Below are positions 28,380 to 40,751 of a stretch of 44,786 nt of DNA, piece by piece (the stretch's first letter is position 1; the number at the start of each line of letters is the position of its first letter). The DNA is taken from the NCBI GenBank assembly GCA_012646845.1, contig GCA_012646845.1_4707.2. One strand, 5' to 3'. A program made the position numbers and the translations under genes. This stretch comes from a phage. A model generated the notes under the pieces. That model was given only the letters and a program-made list of their open reading frames with translations. It was not told where the DNA came from and did not search any database.

Positions 28380-28599
28380 AGGAGATTAAACGTTGAATGA
28401 TTTTTACTTTGCCTTTACCTGGACCTTTCTTGCGGCGATTCAACAGACGGATACTGTTTCCAGTTACGGTGTCGCCATCATAATCAGCCTGGAACTGTGA
28501 TAAAAAAGCAGGTTGTATCCGGTTGACACCAAGATTGTTGTGGAAAGGATTGAGACTTAAAAGAGGGTTAGCTGGAATCATCGTATTGTCCTTACTCAA
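28372..28599 (-). CDS. hypothetical protein (75 aa)
   Basis: ORF track. Confidence 0.4.
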   Translation of the reverse strand: MSKDNTMIPANPLLSLNPFHNNLGVNRIQPAFLSQFQADYDGDTVTGNSIRLLNRRKKGPGKGKVKIIQRLISYV

Positions 28600-28950
28600 T
28601 TATTTACCCAGATAGAGGTATTCACCACCCTGAATAGCACCGGTTGTTGGGTCAACCAGTATGCGAACCCGCGCATAGGTCTTGAAAGAGGGATTGAAAA
28701 CTTCGAAGTCTGCCACTTTCAATTTCACGTTGGGATTGATAGGGTTCTTAACACCAGGAAGTTCTTTCGGTAATCCGAAGTCGACACCGCATTCTTCAAG
28801 GTCTGCTGGCGTCATGCTTTCCATGGCCATGTAAATTGCTTTTGCTTTATCGTAAACCTCTGGGCTATCCAGCAATCCAGCCTGCGCTGAACCGACAACA
28901 CTACCGAACAGAATAGCAACAGCAACAAACAATTTAGTTAACGTTTTCAT
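28600..28950 (-). CDS. secreted protein (116 aa)
   Basis: Signal peptide MKTLTKLFVAVAILFGSVVGSAQA. Confidence 0.65.
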   Translation of the reverse strand: MKTLTKLFVAVAILFGSVVGSAQAGLLDSPEVYDKAKAIYMAMESMTPADLEECGVDFGLPKELPGVKNPINPNVKLKVADFEVFNPSFKTYARVRILVDPTTGAIQGGEYLYLGK

Positions 28951-28986
28951 GATATTTTCCTCGAAAGTAAAATGTTACAATACCTA

Positions 28987-29409
28987 TTAACGTACGGCTG
29001 CTACGCTGTTAGCGCATGCCTGAATATCATCGGTATTTACGATGATGGTTTCGTTAAACGCACGAATGCGTGCACGACGGGCTTCTTTAAGACTGGCGAT
29101 TGCGTTAGCAGCTTGATCCGTATTCGCAAGGCTAATAACCGGGATCAAACGCATGTCCGGACTGCAGATATTCAATGCTTGGTATACACGGCCGTTGATT
29201 CCTACGGTATCAGACATCGGATAGTGCGCACGACATTGAAATTGACCCATGACAACAAGCGAGCGATCGGAGATACCAATCTGATAACGACCGTCTTCGC
29301 TGTAGGCGTAGCAGTTATTCCCACGAGCCATCCAGTTAGCTTGTGCTTGTGCACTAACAAAAGCCAGGGTAGCAACGATAGCGAGTACGATATTTTTGAA
29401 CAGTTTCAT
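28987..29409 (-). CDS. secreted protein (140 aa)
   Basis: Start at ATG 29409 (AAGGA RBS); signal peptide MKLFKNIVLAIVATLAFVSAQAQA. Confidence 0.65.
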   Translation of the reverse strand: MKLFKNIVLAIVATLAFVSAQAQANWMARGNNCYAYSEDGRYQIGISDRSLVVMGQFQCRAHYPMSDTVGINGRVYQALNICSPDMRLIPVISLANTDQAANAIASLKEARRARIRAFNETIIVNTDDIQACANSVAAVR

Positions 29410-29437
29410 GATAAAGATCCTTATTGAAATAAAATCG

Positions 29438-29466
29438 GTATAAAGCCCCCCATTTAGGGGGACCTG
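29438..29466 (-). terminator. GGTATAAA-flanked short GC hairpin (family member)
   Basis: GCCCCCC-ATTTA-GGGGG after stop of 29468..29785. Confidence 0.35.
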
Positions 29467-29467
29467 A

Positions 29468-29785
29468 TTAGTTTGCACTTAAGAAATGGCCCAGAACCGT
29501 TACGATTGGAAACAGTCCCGTAACCGTATTATCGCCAGAAAACATCATCTTTGAGTCGTTAACCGTAATGAAACGGATGTCGGTTGCAGACCCATCGATA
29601 GCGACAAAACGCATCGAGTTTGGTGGAAGATCCTCAACAACTTCCACGAGGTGTTCACGATTTTCAAAGGCTTCTTTAACACGACGCATGAAACGAATCA
29701 ATGTTCCTTCAGCGTCGGCTTCCAAATGACCTAAGATATCGCGATTATTACGAATAGCGAATACAGCCATTTTAAACATACACAT
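29468..29785 (-). CDS. hypothetical protein (105 aa)
   Basis: ORF track; same conserved leader as 5403..5828. Confidence 0.6.
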   Translation of the reverse strand: MCMFKMAVFAIRNNRDILGHLEADAEGTLIRFMRRVKEAFENREHLVEVVEDLPPNSMRFVAIDGSATDIRFITVNDSKMMFSGDNTVTGLFPIVTVLGHFLSAN

Positions 29786-29889
29786 CTTGACATCCTCTTA
29801 TATTGGATTGATTGCTAATAATTCAAGGTGAAGTCAATGACTCCATTGCTTCACCTAGGTAATATAGCCGTGAAAATTAATGCATTGAC
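29786..29889 (-). promoter_or_regulatory. Conserved promoter/leader module, copy 2
   Basis: Minus strand reads TTTTCACGGCTATATTACCTAG - hairpin (GGTGAAG..CTTCACC) - CAATCCAATATAAGAGGATGTCAAG-ATG. Confidence 0.45.
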
Positions 29890-30846
29890 TCACGTCTTTG
29901 CTACATGGGGCTGAATCTCGTCGATGCGTTTAACCACAACCTCAGGGAAAAGTTGGAGGATTTCGTCAGGTGGTGTCGTACCTTCTGTCCAACGATAACG
30001 TTCAACCTTTTCGATGCGTGGACTCCCTCCGACGTCAGCGATACGAAAGATACAGGCGATGCCTAAATCGAAACATACGCTGTAAATATCTTCCGTACCT
30101 CCTTTATCGGCAAGTATTTTCGCAAAATGCTCGTTATCAGGAAGAATGGCTAAATTACGGATACACCAAACATTATCACCCATTTCTTCAAGTTTTGGGT
30201 AGGTTAAAGTGTGCCCGTAGCATGTTAACCATCGATGATTTTCTAGGCGGAAGTCCTTATCTCCTGGCCGATAACCCAGTATCACCTCGGTGTAGAAAAG
30301 ATTGGGCATATCGAGCAGTTCTTGCACTGTCGGGCCGGTATGCTCCCAGAGACAGATTTGTTTACGGTCTATATCGTAATCTGTGACGTTACTCACCTCC
30401 CAACTTATCGTAAGTTCATCGACAACGTGCCAACCTAAAGCATGTTCACCACCAAGCAGATTAACAATAGCTGCTATCTCGTGCTTGTCAAATACCCCCA
30501 AATTCTGCGGTGGTTGCATCGTACGTAATGGCTCCCATAACGCACTGTAATCATAGAGCAAATGACGACACAGACTTTTTGTTAAGGGGGTATGTTCAGT
30601 AAACAGTGGAAGAATCACCGTATCCAGCAACGGACGTAATGGATGATTGTCGGGTGGCAACGAAGCGTATAACCGACTTTCCTTTTTAGGAATGTCGTAA
30701 CCAAACCCGTAACGCTCCGAAATGAGTGCAATCAGCACTTTTGCTACGCGGTTACGTAGCATGCGATGGATATCATCACTGTAACTGAATTTCGGTTTAT
30801 TACCGCAAACGAAGGTGAAGTATCTGGGCGTTAGCGCAGCCATCAT
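29890..30846 (-). CDS. hypothetical protein (318 aa)
   Basis: ORF track. Confidence 0.7.
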   Translation of the reverse strand: MMAALTPRYFTFVCGNKPKFSYSDDIHRMLRNRVAKVLIALISERYGFGYDIPKKESRLYASLPPDNHPLRPLLDTVILPLFTEHTPLTKSLCRHLLYDYSALWEPLRTMQPPQNLGVFDKHEIAAIVNLLGGEHALGWHVVDELTISWEVSNVTDYDIDRKQICLWEHTGPTVQELLDMPNLFYTEVILGYRPGDKDFRLENHRWLTCYGHTLTYPKLEEMGDNVWCIRNLAILPDNEHFAKILADKGGTEDIYSVCFDLGIACIFRIADVGGSPRIEKVERYRWTEGTTPPDEILQLFPEVVVKRIDEIQPHVAKT

Positions 30847-30853
30847 CTTTCCC

Positions 30854-31300
30854 TCAATCTAAATAGTACGTGATGGAAAGGTCTTTTCCATCGAACACGA
30901 TATCCGCGCAGTCATGGATCGTCGGTAATACCATTTTGGCGGCTACTGGAACGTACGCCTGCAACTCCATGAAGTTATCCATACGGAATGCACGACGCAC
31001 CATCAGCGGCGTTAGTGTAAACGTTACGCTGACGTTACCACCTGAGGTCAAGTGCATTATCGCATGCCCATGATCGCACCAACAATGGTTTTCGAGCCAT
31101 CCGGTGTAAATCAGAATATTTTTCTCTTCGTCGTAATAAGCAATGCCGGTCTGCTTTAAACGGCTGGTAAACCGAGAGGCTTGCTCGTAGCCCGCACGCA
31201 ACATTCGAGCAACCAAACGGGTATTGTTAGCGATTCGATTCTGTTCGTTGGTTTTTGTGGTTTTGAAAAGTTCGATACGTTCTGCTTTTGTAATTTGCAT
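30854..31300 (-). CDS. hypothetical protein (148 aa)
   Basis: ORF track. Confidence 0.65.
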   Translation of the reverse strand: MQITKAERIELFKTTKTNEQNRIANNTRLVARMLRAGYEQASRFTSRLKQTGIAYYDEEKNILIYTGWLENHCWCDHGHAIMHLTSGGNVSVTFTLTPLMVRRAFRMDNFMELQAYVPVAAKMVLPTIHDCADIVFDGKDLSITYYLD

Positions 31301-31379
31301 GGTTACTGTCCTTTTGAAATATGTTTAGATAAGGAGGATTTACCGGATATTAAAAAGTTATTTGGTGTATGTAATGTTT

Positions 31380-31979
31380 TTACTTGGGTTCCAGTGTTGG
31401 TCCGAACAACCAGAATGTCAGACGCCGGTAAACCTGTTCGATGACTGCGGCTTCTGTTTGCTCTTCTAGTGCTTTCCCTTTCTTATGTTGTATTTCTGGC
31501 GGTATGTCGTCGTTGTAAACGTACCCTGCTGAGAAGTCCCACATCAACCGTTTACCGAAAGTAGGTAAAAACACCTCTTCGAATCGGAACGCTTTCGAAT
31601 TCCAATGAAGCAGCTGATCGGATTCAACATGTAAAGCTTTATTACGTTTGCTTGGCATGTTTCCGAAGTACTGAACGATAGCTGATTTCATAACCCGATC
31701 TGCGAAGTCTTTGGCTTCGGCCTCATCGAGGGGAGGCAGACGATGCGACAGATTCAGCTTGCGTTGTTCAACATCGATCTTACGCATCGCTTTAATCAAA
31801 TCACCCGGAACGATTTTACCCTTATGGCCTTCCTGTCGGTGTATGAAACACCCCTGGAATAATACGCAAAGTTCTTGAGGTGCGGTACTTTCCATTCGTC
31901 CGTAAGCAACGATCACCGATCGACGACGATCGATAACTTCGCGGATAAACCGCGGCTCAGTAATACTCACCACTGTCAT
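31380..31979 (-). CDS. hypothetical protein (199 aa)
   Basis: ORF track. Confidence 0.65.
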   Translation of the reverse strand: MTVVSITEPRFIREVIDRRRSVIVAYGRMESTAPQELCVLFQGCFIHRQEGHKGKIVPGDLIKAMRKIDVEQRKLNLSHRLPPLDEAEAKDFADRVMKSAIVQYFGNMPSKRNKALHVESDQLLHWNSKAFRFEEVFLPTFGKRLMWDFSAGYVYNDDIPPEIQHKKGKALEEQTEAAVIEQVYRRLTFWLFGPTLEPK

Positions 31980-32023
31980 TTAAAGCCCTCTTTATCTTTT
32001 TCCATTTCTCTTTACACAACCAC

Positions 32024-32749
32024 TTAAGACGTTGCCATCTTACTTTCCAGAGACTTCTTCGGTAAACCATGGATAACTCCTTCCGGGGTTAAGAACACAC
32101 AGTCTGGATTCTGCGTTCGTGAACGGTCTTCTGGACTGTTCAACGAGAACAACAACGCAGAAATACCTTTTGTCCGATTTAACGTTGCGACGATCACATC
32201 AAGCTGTCGTAGCGCATCCGATACGGTTCGATGAGGAACGATTCGCGACTGTTTGAAGCTGGCTAACCGCCAAGTCTCGAACAAACAACGTAGTTTAAAC
32301 ACGTCGGACGGAATAGCAGTAGATCCCTGTTCGATAACCTCAACACGATCAGCTTCAGGATAACCTACAGCAACCGCACTAAAGTGTCTTACCCCATTAT
32401 GAAAATCATCGATAGACGCTTCAGCGTATTTACATACCGTGCCAGAAACGACCATCACTTTTGCTAAACCGCGATAATTGATCGTCAATGGAATACGAAA
32501 TACGCGTAAAGCATGTTCTGGATTTAATGAGACGTCGTTAACCTTTGTTGCGATCAACTTACCACGCTCGTAACGTGCGGTGAATGGCAGCCCGTCATAA
32601 ACGGGATTAATCACAACGCCCCCTGGGGAGGCGTTAGCGTTAAGATGGGTGTTAAGCCAATCGGATACTTCCTGTCTACTAGTTACGATTAACATAAAAC
32701 GGTCCTCCATTTCTTTTCCTTTATTCATGACGAGTATCTTCCAAATCAT
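32024..32749 (-). CDS. hypothetical protein (241 aa)
   Basis: ORF track; start uncertain. Confidence 0.6.
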   Translation of the reverse strand: MIWKILVMNKGKEMEDRFMLIVTSRQEVSDWLNTHLNANASPGGVVINPVYDGLPFTARYERGKLIATKVNDVSLNPEHALRVFRIPLTINYRGLAKVMVVSGTVCKYAEASIDDFHNGVRHFSAVAVGYPEADRVEVIEQGSTAIPSDVFKLRCLFETWRLASFKQSRIVPHRTVSDALRQLDVIVATLNRTKGISALLFSLNSPEDRSRTQNPDCVFLTPEGVIHGLPKKSLESKMATS

Positions 32750-33371
32750 CCCTTTGTTTTGTAAATTCTGATTGCTTGCGATAAACCGTCCACGAATCGT
32801 GTATACCGTTAAAAGTCAAATGGCGCGCATTTAAGTTCACGGTGAATTCCTCTACAGAGGCAAAATCCGAACGAAGCATCAGATGAAAGTTATCGTCCCC
32901 GGTACAGCCTCCGTACCCTTCGCCCTGATAAATCAAAAGCTGGTGGGGTTGGATACGTGCGGCAACCAACGCAGCTTGTGGTTTGTCGTAAGGCGGCCAT
33001 GACAGTAGAATAACATCGTACTGTGAAAGATCGATGTTTGTGTAGTCGGCTTGCTGGATATCATCAATAAACGGATGGGGGTGTACTTTAATATCGTACG
33101 CGGTAACATCCTCTACACCGAGTTTACGTAGGACGTAAGTCAGGTAACCTGTCCCACAACCCAGGTCAGCGACACGTCTACCGTAACAGATGTTCGCCAA
33201 CTGGAGTGCTGTATCCATAGTTAACAACGACCATCCAACGCGTTGTGTGTATTCTTCACGTACATCCCATTGTTGACGGAACGTCATCGGTTCTATGATG
33301 TTAGCAAACTGCTGGTACGGCAACGGCATTTTGGTTTCGCCTTGCGTGAGTAAAGCAATAACATCGTTCAT
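32721..33371 (-). CDS. SAM-dependent methyltransferase (putative amino-methyltransferase)
   Basis: Start at ATG 33371 (AAGGAAAC RBS); motif I VADLGCGTGYL and motif IV-like LLSWPPYD. Confidence 0.7.
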   Translation of the reverse strand: MNDVIALLTQGETKMPLPYQQFANIIEPMTFRQQWDVREEYTQRVGWSLLTMDTALQLANICYGRRVADLGCGTGYLTYVLRKLGVEDVTAYDIKVHPHPFIDDIQQADYTNIDLSQYDVILLSWPPYDKPQAALVAARIQPHQLLIYQGEGYGGCTGDDNFHLMLRSDFASVEEFTVNLNARHLTFNGIHDSWTVYRKQSEFTKQRDDLEDTRHE

Positions 33372-33388
33372 TTTGTTTCCTTTTATCA

Positions 33389-33414
33389 GCATAAACCCTC
33401 CCATACCGGGAGGG
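33389..33414 (-). terminator. GCATAAA + perfect hairpin CCCTCCC-ATACC-GGGAGGG
   Basis: Perfect 7-bp GC stem directly upstream of methyltransferase RBS. Confidence 0.55.
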
Positions 33415-33419
33415 TACGA

Positions 33420-33545
33420 TTATTCATTTTCAATAACTTTAAGATTCGGTGTGCCGAGCGTTTTCTTCACCAACGCCTCAGCAACGCGTTTCTCGATGAA
33501 ATCGGTCGAATTGCTTCCGTTAATAACCAGTGTTTTGATGCTCAT
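33420..33545 (-). CDS. small ORF (41 aa, below track cutoff)
   Basis: Hand-translated MSIKTLVINGSNSTDFIEKRVAEALVKKTLGTPNLKVIENE; GAAGGA RBS. Confidence 0.3.
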   Translation of the reverse strand: MSIKTLVINGSNSTDFIEKRVAEALVKKTLGTPNLKVIENE

Positions 33546-34048
33546 GCTAAAATTCCTTCATTACCTAACAGTCGATTACGATGACGTCGGTACATTTGAC
33601 AAAGTGTTGTGATTTGATAAAGTTTGTTGTAACGTACCTCGATACGTTTTTGCACCTCTTTCCACGGAAGTTTATCGTATTGCCGATAACGATGGATTTC
33701 ATTCAACATCCGAAGACGCGTAGGATCGGTATTCTTTATTGTTACGAGCTTCACGCGCTGGTATCCGCGCTGCAACCCCGATTCCGAATACGTAATACCG
33801 AACTCATCCTGAATGATAGTAATGATCTCCCGCCATCGGCGCTTCTCACCGTCACGTAAATGGACAACCCGTGATAAGATATCGTTCCGATTACGATGAC
33901 TCAGTTTAATGTTAAGCATTGATGCGATCGCGCTAATTGCTCTCTGACTCCGTCCTAACGCATCACCGATCTCTTTCGATGTCATGACGCCAGCGTTTCG
34001 GCGTATGAATGCGATTTCGGTTGTTGTGTATTCTTTACCTGCTGCCAT
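33542..34048 (-). CDS. HTH-repeat protein, array member F
   Basis: Repeats YTTTEIAFIRRNAGVMTSKEIGDALGRSQRAI and WREIITIIQDEFGITYSESGLQRGYQR. Confidence 0.7.
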   Translation of the reverse strand: MAAGKEYTTTEIAFIRRNAGVMTSKEIGDALGRSQRAISAIASMLNIKLSHRNRNDILSRVVHLRDGEKRRWREIITIIQDEFGITYSESGLQRGYQRVKLVTIKNTDPTRLRMLNEIHRYRQYDKLPWKEVQKRIEVRYNKLYQITTLCQMYRRHRNRLLGNEGILA

Positions 34049-34512
34049 TTTTTACCACGTGTGTTATAATAGTAACGTTGACAAAGATGTGTGTGATGGT
34101 ACTCCCGTTTGAACTCGACATTGATAATGCGAGCAACTTCTCTCCATCTGACCCCTTCATGTCGCAGTGCTGTGATACGGTCTGAAATTTTGCACCATTC
34201 ATCTGGGTCGTATCGTCGCAGTTTATGGCGTCGTATTACGGAGGCGACGCTCGCTTTCGATCGGCCAAGATGGTTTGACAGTTGTTTAACCGAGTATCTG
34301 TGGATATTATCGCGAATATAGGAAAGCTCGTTGTTCGTATATGCCTCATTGGTTCTCGGCGAAGGGAACAATACGTATAACTTATTCTTAATCGCGCTTT
34401 CTGTGCGTTGAAACACGGTAACCAGTTCACTAATCGATGGTCTAGGTATTTGATACGCGTAATTCTCGAGGCGTGAGAGTTCCTCATCTGTCCAGCGGCG
34501 GTATTTGCGCAT
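33982..34512 (-). CDS. HTH-repeat protein, array member E
   Basis: Start at ATG 34512 (AAGGAG RBS); WTDEELSRL..., SVKQLSNHLGRSKASV, WREVARIINVEF modules. Confidence 0.7.
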   Translation of the reverse strand: MRKYRRWTDEELSRLENYAYQIPRPSISELVTVFQRTESAIKNKLYVLFPSPRTNEAYTNNELSYIRDNIHRYSVKQLSNHLGRSKASVASVIRRHKLRRYDPDEWCKISDRITALRHEGVRWREVARIINVEFKREYHHTHLCQRYYYNTRGKKWQQVKNTQQPKSHSYAETLAS

Positions 34513-34987
34513 GGGCAACTCCTTTGTTTTTCGTGTAATAGCACCAACGTTGATACAACGCATGTTTATTCGTTGTAATCCCAAATTTAACAACAACGTC
34601 GTATGTGATAATATTCCAATTTTGGGTGACGTTAAGTCGTTCCGCGATAAACGCGATAATCGCTTCCCGTTCTTGCTTGGTTAACGCACGACGAATTCCA
34701 TTAAGCCGTATAAACTGACGAACCGAGTCATACGAACGGTTTAAATCATACGCAATCTCCCTCAGCGATTTTTGTTTGATTACGGACTTGATGTATGCAC
34801 GTTCTTCTTCCGTATACGGTCGATGCTTCTGGCGCTGACGTATTCCCAAACGCCCCAGACACGCGTCGATGCTGGCGTATGTTCGTCCTGTCCGTTGTGC
34901 GATTTCATCAATCGTCAGCGGCGTGTTCAAGTACATGTGTGTAACATCTTTTAACTCATCGTTACGCCACGGCCGAGGTCGTCCCAT
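34484..34987 (-). CDS. HTH-repeat protein, array member D
   Basis: WRNDELKDV...IDEIAQRTGRTYASI; SLREIAYDLNRSYDSV; WNIITYDVVVKFGIT. Confidence 0.7.
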   Translation of the reverse strand: MGRPRPWRNDELKDVTHMYLNTPLTIDEIAQRTGRTYASIDACLGRLGIRQRQKHRPYTEEERAYIKSVIKQKSLREIAYDLNRSYDSVRQFIRLNGIRRALTKQEREAIIAFIAERLNVTQNWNIITYDVVVKFGITTNKHALYQRWCYYTKNKGVAHAQIPPLDR

Positions 34988-35465
34988 CTTGTATCCCTCT
35001 TTTCTTTCTATGATGCCACCAACGCTGATAAACAGCTTGCTTCGTCCGTGTTATGCCAAAATGCGCATTAACCCGTTCAGCAATGTGGTACCAATCCTGC
35101 GTTTCTTCTAACAATGCATCAACGAAGGCTATGAAGATCTTAGTATCATCCTCGCTTAACCGCTTGAAACCATGGCGGTGTGCTATTGTTCGAATACTGT
35201 TTGGATCTCTGTTTAAATCGCGTGCGAGCTGTTTGTAACTTTTGTGCTTACAGTGTAGTCTGATATATTCCAACTCATCGACGCTGAAACGTTTATGTGG
35301 TTTACGACGTTCGACATTTAAGTATATCAACCTCGATTTAATTGCACCGTACGTTGTTTCCATGATTTCTGCGATTTCACGGATTTTTAATTTCGGATGG
35401 CGGTAGTACAATTCCAGCAGCTGTTCATCATCCTTACGATTCCATCGTCGTACTGGGGGTTTCAC
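34962..35465 (-). CDS. HTH-repeat protein, array member C (GTG start)
   Basis: WNRKDDEQLLELY...IREIAEIMETTYGAI; SYKQLARDLNRDPNSI; WYHIAERVNAHFGIT. Confidence 0.7.
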   Translation of the reverse strand: MKPPVRRWNRKDDEQLLELYYRHPKLKIREIAEIMETTYGAIKSRLIYLNVERRKPHKRFSVDELEYIRLHCKHKSYKQLARDLNRDPNSIRTIAHRHGFKRLSEDDTKIFIAFVDALLEETQDWYHIAERVNAHFGITRTKQAVYQRWWHHRKKRGIQDGTTSAVA

Positions 35466-35478
35466 AACTCGATTTCTC

Positions 35479-35946
35479 CTATTCTACGCGTTTTAATGCT
35501 TGAGTGTAGTAGAGGGTATGAACACCACTTAATGTGTAATGGGTGTTAAATTCGTTATTGATGATATTCTGTATTCTCTCCCAGGTTTTCTTCTCTTTTC
35601 TAAGAGTATGTATTCGGTGATAAATCATCTCTCGACGTTGCGCTTTGCACGCGATAATACCGTAGCGGTAGCAGAGTTTAGCGATCGCGTCCACGCTACG
35701 ATTGAACATTACCGCGGCTTCTTTCACGCTGTGCGTCTTGAGATAATCGGCTAACATCACGCGTTCTTCGAAACAACAATAGCGGTGACGCGACGTGAGT
35801 TTCCAGCGCTTGCGATTACGGTTAATTCGACCTTGAACCGAACCTTCCGTTCGGCCAAGTCGTACCGCAATCTCTTGCATCGGGATACCGTTGCGATAGA
35901 GGGTAATCAACATCGCATCTTCTTCGGGTGTCCAGTCTTTGACCAT
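35479..35946 (-). CDS. HTH-repeat protein, array member B
   Basis: WTPEEDAMLITLYRNGIPMQEIAVRLGRTEGSV (Myb/SANT-like pattern); SVKEAAVMFNRSVDAI; WERIQNIINNEF. Confidence 0.7.
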   Translation of the reverse strand: MVKDWTPEEDAMLITLYRNGIPMQEIAVRLGRTEGSVQGRINRNRKRWKLTSRHRYCCFEERVMLADYLKTHSVKEAAVMFNRSVDAIAKLCYRYGIIACKAQRREMIYHRIHTLRKEKKTWERIQNIINNEFNTHYTLSGVHTLYYTQALKRVE

Positions 35947-35958
35947 AGTACCACCCCA

Positions 35959-36271
35959 TCAACGTCTTACTTTAAGCGGTATCTTGTTTCGGAAACAATA
36001 ACACCGGATGGCGTGTACGCTACGATTCATTATTTCAGCAATTTCTTTTAGGGTATGTTTCTTTGCAAGCATAGCAATCCTAACCCTTTCTTCTGGTGTG
36101 TAAACTCCCCCACGAGGAGGTAGGTCACCTCGTCGTTTCCTCAACTTGAGGTAACGCGCGCGAATAGAACACGGCGTCCGATCCATACAACGCGCTATTT
36201 CTTTATAGCTCGCTTTTGGTGATGTGCTAAGAATAAGCAGCAGCGCTTCATCCTCTTTATCCGTCCAACGT

Positions 36272-36279
<8 letters not shown>
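35959..36279 (-). CDS. HTH-repeat protein, array member A (two modules)
   Basis: WTDKEDEALLLIL...SYKEIARCMDRTPCSI; TLKEIAEIMNRSVHAI. Confidence 0.7.
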
Positions 36280-39334
<3,055 letters not shown>

Positions 39335-39383
39335 GTTGTCGTTTCCTCCATACGAAACCAAAAAATTGTCAAAATGTACATCA

Positions 39384-39420
39384 GCATAACGCCCGTGCCC
39401 GCCCGCGATGGGAGGGACAC
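39384..39420 (-). terminator. GCATAA-flanked imperfect GC hairpin (family member)
   Basis: GCATAACGCCCGTGCCCGCCC ... GGGAGGGACAC after stop of 39442..40074. Confidence 0.3.
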
Positions 39421-39441
39421 AGGCAATACGCTTTTATTTCA

Positions 39442-40074
39442 TCAAGACTTCACAACGCATTCGACTTCGTCGTTCATATAGGCTTCGTATAAAGACAGCA
39501 CTTCCTTCATTTTAATTTCAGGTAGCGCGACGGAACGAATCGCTTTCAGGATATTCCGTGTTTGATGGTGTTTAGCCTTCGCCTCACGCAGTTTACAGAA
39601 TTGACGGATGCAGGTATTAACTTTACCACCTTCCGCACGTTCGAGGGCGACGTGCAGCTTCAGATCCAGTAATACTTCCGTGAGTTCCTGGGTGGCGGGA
39701 TCGTTACGAATAAGTCGCACCGTCCGTTCATCCGGATTCAGCATCGTAAGGTACTGAAGCTTGATCTGCTCAGGTACGGGTTTCGTGTTCATCATGATGG
39801 TGTCAAACTGTTCCTTAACATCCAACTCATTGAACACATAACGTTCGATGTGTACGACGTGCGCTTTTCCTGACTCGCCATAAACCGCCATCGCACGATA
39901 ATCATCGAACAACACAGCATACAACAAATCCTGTTCCGGTCCGGTGGTACCATCGATGAGCTTCGGTGCATACTTCTTAAAGAAGCCGCAACGAACCGCC
40001 TCATCCGGCATGAGCGTCCACGCATTAACGGGTTGCTTTACGAGTTCCATGTAACACCTCATCAAGATTATCAC
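39442..40074 (-). CDS. hypothetical protein (210 aa; start uncertain)
   Basis: ORF track. Confidence 0.6.
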   Translation of the reverse strand: MIILMRCYMELVKQPVNAWTLMPDEAVRCGFFKKYAPKLIDGTTGPEQDLLYAVLFDDYRAMAVYGESGKAHVVHIERYVFNELDVKEQFDTIMMNTKPVPEQIKLQYLTMLNPDERTVRLIRNDPATQELTEVLLDLKLHVALERAEGGKVNTCIRQFCKLREAKAKHHQTRNILKAIRSVALPEIKMKEVLSLYEAYMNDEVECVVKS

Positions 40075-40345
40075 TTACACCTGGCGGTACCACGATACCG
40101 GTACGAATCACAGCAGCAACTTCCTGCATGCCTTTACCCTTCAACGCATAGGTTTCATGTACCACATTACGTCGAGTCGTTAATCCAACAAATTTACATA
40201 CAACCATGTTGTTTTCTGAAAGATAAGCGGTGTCGAGTTCACCATGCAACAATTCTTTCTCTTTGGTGTCAATACCCAATAACGCAATTTGATAAGCCGA
40301 AAGTTTCCAATAACGCATGTTATCACCCAAACTGTTAAGAAGCAT
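40025..40345 (-). CDS. hypothetical protein (start uncertain)
   Basis: ORF track; overlaps neighbours at both ends. Confidence 0.45.
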   Translation of the reverse strand: MLLNSLGDNMRYWKLSAYQIALLGIDTKEKELLHGELDTAYLSENNMVVCKFVGLTTRRNVVHETYALKGKGMQEVAAVIRTGIVVPPGVSDNLDEVLHGTRKATR

Positions 40346-40751
40346 CCTGTTTAATGTCGATGAGTATTTCCGTTCGAACCGGATTGGTCAGTACGGCCCG
40401 CATGCGTTCAAGCATCATTGGGTTATCCGTAACCACCACATCGGCGTAACACAACGGATGACTTTCGAACGCTTCCGTGTCGCTTACTAACAGGACACCC
40501 ATCACATTTACGTATTGCGGTATGCGGCCACGAATGCGTTGCCACATGTCTTGAGTAAGGTCCTCGCTTTCTAATGCAACCACGACAACGGGACTGATAT
40601 TTACCGGGAAACGCGGATGCACTGTGCGGCGAAACGTTATCCAGCTTTCGATGTGGGATAATGCGAGTTCGAGAGAACAGCATTTTGGAGAAATCTGTAT
40701 GTTTATTTGTTGAATCAATGAAAGGGGGTTTTGTACAGTCTCTTCAGCCAT
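40335..40751 (-). CDS. hypothetical protein (138 aa)
   Basis: ORF track. Confidence 0.6.
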   Translation of the reverse strand: MAEETVQNPLSLIQQINIQISPKCCSLELALSHIESWITFRRTVHPRFPVNISPVVVVALESEDLTQDMWQRIRGRIPQYVNVMGVLLVSDTEAFESHPLCYADVVVTDNPMMLERMRAVLTNPVRTEILIDIKQDAS

